Below are positions 58,871 to 64,000 of a DNA stretch of 64,000 nt, one piece after another. This stretch comes from a virus (Duplodnaviria; Caudoviricetes), in the IMG/VR virus record IMGVR_UViG_2531839010_000002, positions 9,765-73,764 of that record; one strand, given 5' to 3'. A program made the position numbers and the translations under genes. The notes beneath the pieces were generated by a model. That model saw nothing but the letters and a program-made list of their open reading frames with translations, did not search any database and was not told where the DNA came from. Positions within the stretch are counted from its first letter, which is position 1; each line of letters begins with the position of its first letter.

Positions 58871-59725
58871 ATGAAGAAACAGGATTTTAAGGTGTTAAAG
58901 ACCAAAGATTTGTACCCATTTCCCGACAATCCGTTTCATGTGGCAGAGGATGAAACGCTGTCAGAATTAGCGGAAAGCATCAAGGAATTTGGCATTGTCA
59001 CGCCGATAATCACACGCCCGAAAGAGGACGGAAATGGTTATGAAGTGATTGCAGGACAGCGGCGTGTCCGTGCTTCTGAACTTGCAGGGATAAATACCGT
59101 GCCTGCATTTGTCCTGCCCTTAGACCGTGACCGAGCCATCATTACCCTTGTAGACAGTAATTTACAGCGTGAAAATATCCTGCCGAGCGAGCGGGCGTTT
59201 GCCTACAAGATGAAATCCGAAGCCATGAAGCGGCAGGGGTTTCGCACGGACTTAACCTCGTCACAAGTTGTGACGAAGTTGCGGACGGATGACAAAGTGG
59301 CACAGGGCTTCGGCGTGGGCAGGATGACCGTGCAGCGATTTATCCGATTGACGGAACTGATACCGCCGATTTTGCAGATGGTGGACGAGGGGAGAATCGC
59401 CCTCACACCTGCGGTGGAACTGTCCTTCTTGAAGAAAGACGAGCAGGAAAACCTCTTTGCCACGATGGAGAGCGAAGAAGCAACTCCCTCACTCTCACAG
59501 GCACAGCGGATGAAACAGTTAAGCCAGAGCGGACGGCTTGATATGGATACGATATTTGCGATTATGACCGAGAAAAAAGGAAACCAGAAAGAAACCTTGA
59601 AAATCAACACAAGCAAGCTGAAAAAATACTTTCCGAAGAACACAACGCCGAAGCAGATGGAGGAAACCATCATACGACTTCTGGAACGTGAGTTGCAGAG
59701 AAAACGGAGCAAGGACAGCCGCTAA
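58871..59725 (+). CDS. ParB-like protein
   Basis: GQRRVRA, DSNLQRE, paralog of ICE ParB. Confidence 0.85.
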   Translation: MKKQDFKVLKTKDLYPFPDNPFHVAEDETLSELAESIKEFGIVTPIITRPKEDGNGYEVIAGQRRVRASELAGINTVPAFVLPLDRDRAIITLVDSNLQRENILPSERAFAYKMKSEAMKRQGFRTDLTSSQVVTKLRTDDKVAQGFGVGRMTVQRFIRLTELIPPILQMVDEGRIALTPAVELSFLKKDEQENLFATMESEEATPSLSQAQRMKQLSQSGRLDMDTIFAIMTEKKGNQKETLKINTSKLKKYFPKNTTPKQMEETIIRLLERELQRKRSKDSR

Positions 59726-59802
59726 TCTTCTCTTTTCGGGAAGTAAATATGAAACTCTGGACGGATAAAAACCAGAAAGCCAAGACAGAAAAGGGGCAGG
59801 AA

Positions 59803-60033
59803 ATGAAAGAAATCCAATATAAGATTGTAAAGGAAATCGCCGTATTGTCTGCGAGTGACAGTGGCTACACAAAAGAAATCAATCTTATCTCATGGAACGG
59901 GAGAGAGCCGAAATATGACATCCGCAGCTTTTCCCCGAACCGTGAGAAGTGCGGAAAAGGAATAACTTTAAACGCTGATGAAGCGGCGGCACTCCTTGAA
60001 GCATTACAGAAAGAATTGCACAGCGGGGATTGA
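59803..60033 (+). CDS. YdbC/PC4-like ssDNA-binding protein (alternative start 59749)
   Basis: KEINLISWNG..PKYDIR..KCGKGITL. Confidence 0.8.
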   Translation: MKEIQYKIVKEIAVLSASDSGYTKEINLISWNGREPKYDIRSFSPNREKCGKGITLNADEAAALLEALQKELHSGD

Positions 60034-60103
60034 TGGTATCTGATTGACAGGGCGGGGCGTTTCCAGACGTTCTCCTGCCCTGTCTGGAAAGGAAGATTTA
60101 AGT

Positions 60104-60295
60104 ATGGGCGAGGATAAGAAAGCAGATAAAAAGAGGAAGCGTATCGTGCCGAAAGCACCAGTGCAGATGATAATCAGCCGTGAATATGTCGGCACACAGA
60201 CAGTCACAGAAGCGTTTGTCCCGATTATCTCCGAGGATATTCGGAAGAAGATTGCCGAGGGCGACACCTTCGACAATGAGGGGATATCCGCTTAG
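60104..60295 (+). CDS. 63-aa protein upstream of recombinase (possible accessory factor)
   Basis: SD GAAAGGAAG; open frame. Confidence 0.6.
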   Translation: MGEDKKADKKRKRIVPKAPVQMIISREYVGTQTVTEAFVPIISEDIRKKIAEGDTFDNEGISA

Positions 60296-60349
60296 AATGT
60301 ACGCAATGGAACATGAAAACAGATAGGACAGATACGGAGGTTTTACAAT

Positions 60350-62281
60350 ATGGCAGGAACAAGAACGGAGAATAAGATTTATGAAGTCGGCATGTACTGC
60401 CGCTTGTCAAAGGACGATGGCACGGATAACGAGAGTGCGAGCATTGCGACACAGAAATCCATCCTCACGGATTATGTGAAAAAGCAGGGATGGCACTTAG
60501 CAAAAACGTATGTGGACGATGGTTATTCTGGTACGAATTTCCAAAGACCAAGTTTCCAAAACATGATTAAGGACATTGAAAACGGACTGATAAACTGCGT
60601 TATCACGAAAGATTTATCCCGTCTGGGGAGGAACTATCTTGATTGTGGGTTATATCTCGAAGTCTTTTTTCCAGAGCATAACGTGAGGTATATAGCGGTC
60701 AATGACGGCGTGGACACGCTCAATAAATCAGCGATGGACATCACGCCTTTCCGCAACATCCTAAACGAGATGTATGCCGCCGACATATCAGTCAAGATAA
60801 AATCAGCGTACCGTGCGAGGTTTCAGCAGGGGAAATTCATGGGGACGACAGCACCATACGGATATGTCAAAGACCCTGCCGACCATAATCACCTATTGAT
60901 TGATGATAAAGTTGCACACGTTGTAAGAGAAATATTTGACCTTGCGTTAGCGGGCAACGGAATCGCCAAAATCCGCAAGCACATCAACAAACAGCATATC
61001 CTACGCCCTGCCGCTTATGCGGTGGAGCAAGGGTCAACAGGCTATGAGCGGCACTTTGAGGGTAACGAGGAAAACCGTTATATTTGGAGCGAGAACAGCG
61101 TAAGGGGCATTTTAAGAAGCCCGATATATGCGGGAAACCTTGCAGGCTACAAGCGGATTGCCGCCAACATGAAAAGCAAGAAACGCCCCTCTAAGCTGCC
61201 CGAAGAATGGGAAGTGATACCCGACACCCATGAGGGGATAGTCACGCAGGAGGAGTTTGACAACGTACAGCAGCTTATTACAAGCCGCAGATTACCAGAA
61301 AACAAGGGCGGCTTTGAGAACATCTTTGCAGGCGTTATCAAATGTGCGGACTGCGGCTATGCTATGCGGGCTATGAGTGCCAACAGGAGGAAACGCCCCG
61401 ACATCATCGACTGCGTACAATATACCTGCAATAATTATGGCAGATACGGTAATATCATGTGTACCGCACACAGCATTGAAGCGAGGGACTTGTTCAACGC
61501 CGTCCTTATCGACATCAACCGATTTGCGGATATGGCGGTGAGTGATGAAAAGGCGGTGAGGGCGATTGAAAAGCGGCTCACGGAAACAGACCAGAGCAAG
61601 GCAAAGGCATTGGAAAAGGAGCAGAGAAAGCTGAACAAACGCCTTGCGGAACTGGACAGGCTGTTTTCTTCCCTTTATGAAGATAAGGTGATGGAGCGTA
61701 TTACGGAGCGGAATTTTGAGATGATGTCAGGGAAATACCAGAAAGAGCAGCTTGAAATTGAAGCAAGGCTGAAAGAGGTAATGGAAACGCTTAACGACAG
61801 CTATGAGAAGTCGCAGGGTGTCCGTGACTTCCTCTCCTTAATCCGCAACTATCAAGGCATTAAGGAACTGGACGCAACCATCATAAACGCACTCATAGAC
61901 AAGATACTTGTTTCGGAACGTGAGAAGCTTACAGACGGAACGGTGCGGCAGGAAATCAAGATTTATTATAAATTCATCGGCTTTGTCGGTGAATTACATA
62001 TCACACCCACAAAGCGGTGGACAGCATTAAAGCCTAAGAATTGCACGGTATGCGGTGTTGAATATGTTCCCTGCTCTGCAATATCAAAGTATTGCCCAGA
62101 GTGCAGGAAAAAGATAAGAAAGGTTCGAGGAACGGAAACGAAGCGCAGGAGCAGGGAGCGAAACAGACAGGCATGTATTGAACTGTCCGCAAAAAATGAC
62201 CGACTGACCTTGCCCAGCGCAAGGGCCGTATCGAGCGTCAGGGCAACCAGAATCCTCTTGTCCATGTGTACCGCTATGTGA
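60350..62281 (+). CDS. Large serine recombinase (TnpX/TndX-like), reading across attR
   Basis: YCRLS, DDGYSG, KDLSRLGR, zinc ribbon CADC..C..C; final residues come from helicase DNA. Confidence 0.93.
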   Translation: MAGTRTENKIYEVGMYCRLSKDDGTDNESASIATQKSILTDYVKKQGWHLAKTYVDDGYSGTNFQRPSFQNMIKDIENGLINCVITKDLSRLGRNYLDCGLYLEVFFPEHNVRYIAVNDGVDTLNKSAMDITPFRNILNEMYAADISVKIKSAYRARFQQGKFMGTTAPYGYVKDPADHNHLLIDDKVAHVVREIFDLALAGNGIAKIRKHINKQHILRPAAYAVEQGSTGYERHFEGNEENRYIWSENSVRGILRSPIYAGNLAGYKRIAANMKSKKRPSKLPEEWEVIPDTHEGIVTQEEFDNVQQLITSRRLPENKGGFENIFAGVIKCADCGYAMRAMSANRRKRPDIIDCVQYTCNNYGRYGNIMCTAHSIEARDLFNAVLIDINRFADMAVSDEKAVRAIEKRLTETDQSKAKALEKEQRKLNKRLAELDRLFSSLYEDKVMERITERNFEMMSGKYQKEQLEIEARLKEVMETLNDSYEKSQGVRDFLSLIRNYQGIKELDATIINALIDKILVSEREKLTDGTVRQEIKIYYKFIGFVGELHITPTKRWTALKPKNCTVCGVEYVPCSAISKYCPECRKKIRKVRGTETKRRSRERNRQACIELSAKNDRLTLPSARAVSSVRATRILLSMCTAM

Positions 62282-63192
62282 CCGAAGGAACCTTTGACGC
62301 ATACCTCTGGCAGACGGTGGAGAATAAACAAAAATTCATCAGCCAGATCATGACCAGCAAAAGTCCGGTTCGCTCCTGCGATGATGTGGATGAAACAGCC
62401 CTCAGTTTTGCCGAGATCAAGGCTCTGTGCGCCGGAGATCCCCGCATCAAGGAGCGTATGGATTTGGATGTGGAGGTATCCCGCCTGAAGCTGATGAAAG
62501 CCGACCACCAGAGCAAGCAATATCGTCTGGAGGACCAGCTGCTCAAATACTTCCCGGAGGAGATTGAAAAGCACAAAGGCTTTATCAAGGGCTTTGAATC
62601 CGATCTGGAGGTTTTGGCAGCGCACCCGCACCCGGAGGACGGTTTTGCTGGTATGGAAATCCGTGGCGATCTGCTGACCGATAAGGAGAATGCCGGCGCA
62701 GCACTTCTGGATGCCTGCAAGGAGGTCAAAACCTCCGATCCGGTGCAAATCGGCAGCTACCGGGGCTATGCCATATCCGTGGAATTTTCCGCATGGAAAC
62801 AGGAGTATACGCTCCTGCTGAAAGGACAGATGACCCACCGGGCAACCCTTGGTATAGACCCTCGCGGAAATCTTACCCGTATCGACAATGCCCTCGCCCA
62901 GATGCCCCAGCGTCTGGAGGCGGCAAAGGCCCAGCTGGATAACCTCTATCAGCAGCAGGCTGCCGCAAAGGAGGAAGTCGGAAAGCCATTCCCCTTTGAG
63001 GACGATCTGCGGGTCAAGTCCGCCCGTCTGGTGGAGCTGGATACTTTGCTGAACATCGATGGAAAGGGACAGGCACACGCCGAGGCTGTTGTTGCCAAAA
63101 GCACACGGCCTTCGGTGCTGGACAGCCTGAAGCGCCCGGTGACGCCCCGCAGTATAGACAAGAAACCAAAACAGCATGAGGAGGTGCGATAA
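62208..63192 (+). pseudogene. 3' remnant of SNF2 helicase gene (motif VI onward)
   Basis: Reads LAQRKGRIERQGNQ..YRYVTEGTFDAYLWQ in the restored frame. Confidence 0.9.
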
Positions 63193-63193
63193 C

Positions 63194-64000
63194 ATGAATA
63201 CCAATAATCTGAATACGGCCCTTTATGAAAAGATGACCACTGAGCAGGAAAAATATAGGGACTGGTTGAAAAGCCAGCCCCCAGAAGAAATTCTGCACCA
63301 CACCTATGAGTACACCGTCCGGGAGGACATCGTGATGGCGATGGAGGAGCTGGAGCTGACCGACGCCCAGGCCCAGGCACTTTTGGAATCTTCTTCGCCG
63401 CTGGCGGATGTGTACCGCTATTTTGAAAAGCTGGAGACCGGTCACATGGATGTGATCCGGGACAGCATTGAGAGCCGTGCCGACGATGTGTGCAGAGCCA
63501 AAGAAGAACTGCGAACAACACCGGTCTATCCCCATTCTGCTGCCTATGCGTCCGAGCATGGGGAAATGGCACAGTACAACCTCTCATATCAGGCGAACAG
63601 CGCCTGCAAAGAAGCCATTGAGCAGACCATCAGCGCCCACTATGCAGAGAATCGGCTGGATACGGAGGCGGCGGTCAAAGATGTGCTGGAAAAGTTCGGG
63701 ACGGAACGGGTACAGTTTATTCTTGCCAACACCATCCAGCGCAAGAACTATGACGGGCGTATCTCTCAGGACAATAAAGCATGGGCAAAAACCATTCCCA
63801 TGCTGGAGGACAGCGGCGCTTCCCGCCACTGCGCCTATCTGGTTGTGGATGGGGTCAATCCCGGTCTGACCGATCTGTTTACCAGGCAGGCCAGAAAAAC
63901 CATGCAGGAACAGCAGAAAAGTTCTGTCCTGCAAAAGCTCAAACAGGAACCGCCTGCCCATAAGCCTGCCGCCCCGAAGAAACAGGAGCCGGAGCGATGA
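63194..64000 (+). CDS. ICE two-domain hypothetical protein
   Basis: SD GAGGTG; LYEKM..EQ..Y..WL and PVYPHS..YA.EHGE segments. Confidence 0.75.
   Translation: MNTNNLNTALYEKMTTEQEKYRDWLKSQPPEEILHHTYEYTVREDIVMAMEELELTDAQAQALLESSSPLADVYRYFEKLETGHMDVIRDSIESRADDVCRAKEELRTTPVYPHSAAYASEHGEMAQYNLSYQANSACKEAIEQTISAHYAENRLDTEAAVKDVLEKFGTERVQFILANTIQRKNYDGRISQDNKAWAKTIPMLEDSGASRHCAYLVVDGVNPGLTDLFTRQARKTMQEQQKSSVLQKLKQEPPAHKPAAPKKQEPER

Larger units (their letters stand above)
51255..62207 (+). mobile_element. tet(O) integrative mobilizable element (large serine recombinase, MobV), 10,953 bp
   Basis: Flanking GA at 51253-54 and 62206-07; removal restores helicase frame; subterminal inverted repeats. Confidence 0.93.
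21986..64000 (+). mobile_element. Tn1549-like integrative conjugative element (continues past window end)
   Basis: parAB, rep, VirD4, VirB6, PrgI, VirB4, CHAP, TopB, SNF2 helicase in conserved order after rumA 3' fragment. Confidence 0.9.

Noticed and set aside
51255-62207. Group II intron or IS as cause of helicase interruption
   Set aside because: No reverse transcriptase or DDE transposase; the GA core and serine recombinase explain the junctions.
62266-63192. Independent 308-aa gene
   Set aside because: It is the in-frame remainder of the interrupted helicase; the GTG start lacks an SD.
1-64000. CRISPR array, rRNA or tRNA genes
   Set aside because: No regularly spaced repeat-spacer array or recognisable structural RNA gene was seen by eye.

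Overview
The window has three nested or adjacent mobile layers from what looks like a Lachnospiraceae/Clostridia-type genome (host identity is inference). (1) 1-~21985: the late half of a temperate siphophage, running from terminase end and portal through head, tail, tail fibre and holin to an NlpC/P60 endolysin. It carries several morons: a JAB-domain extension on the minor capsid protein plus a small partner ORF, a low-GC O-acyltransferase, and a lipoprotein with an ECF-type promoter. (2) ~21986-64000+: a Tn1549-like conjugative element starting at an orphan rumA/rlmD 3' fragment, with parAB, rep, Bro antirepressor, VirD4, VirB6/PrgI/VirB4, CHAP hydrolase, TopB, an ArdC-like protein and a giant SNF2 helicase/methyltransferase. 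(3) 51255-62207: a 10,953-bp serine-recombinase integrative mobilizable element carrying tet(O), inserted at a GA dinucleotide just before helicase motif VI. The best leads are: a shared 'small Zn-ribbon protein + tandem AGAGCC repeats + regulatory hairpin' RNA-switch architecture present independently in the phage (in front of the tape measure gene) and in the tet(O) element; a complete TnpV homolog overprinted in the +1 frame inside the helicase gene; a recombinase whose stop codon depends on integrated versus circular state; and a series of internal terminators or switchable hairpins in the conjugation operon. All family calls come from motif recognition by eye; no searches were run.
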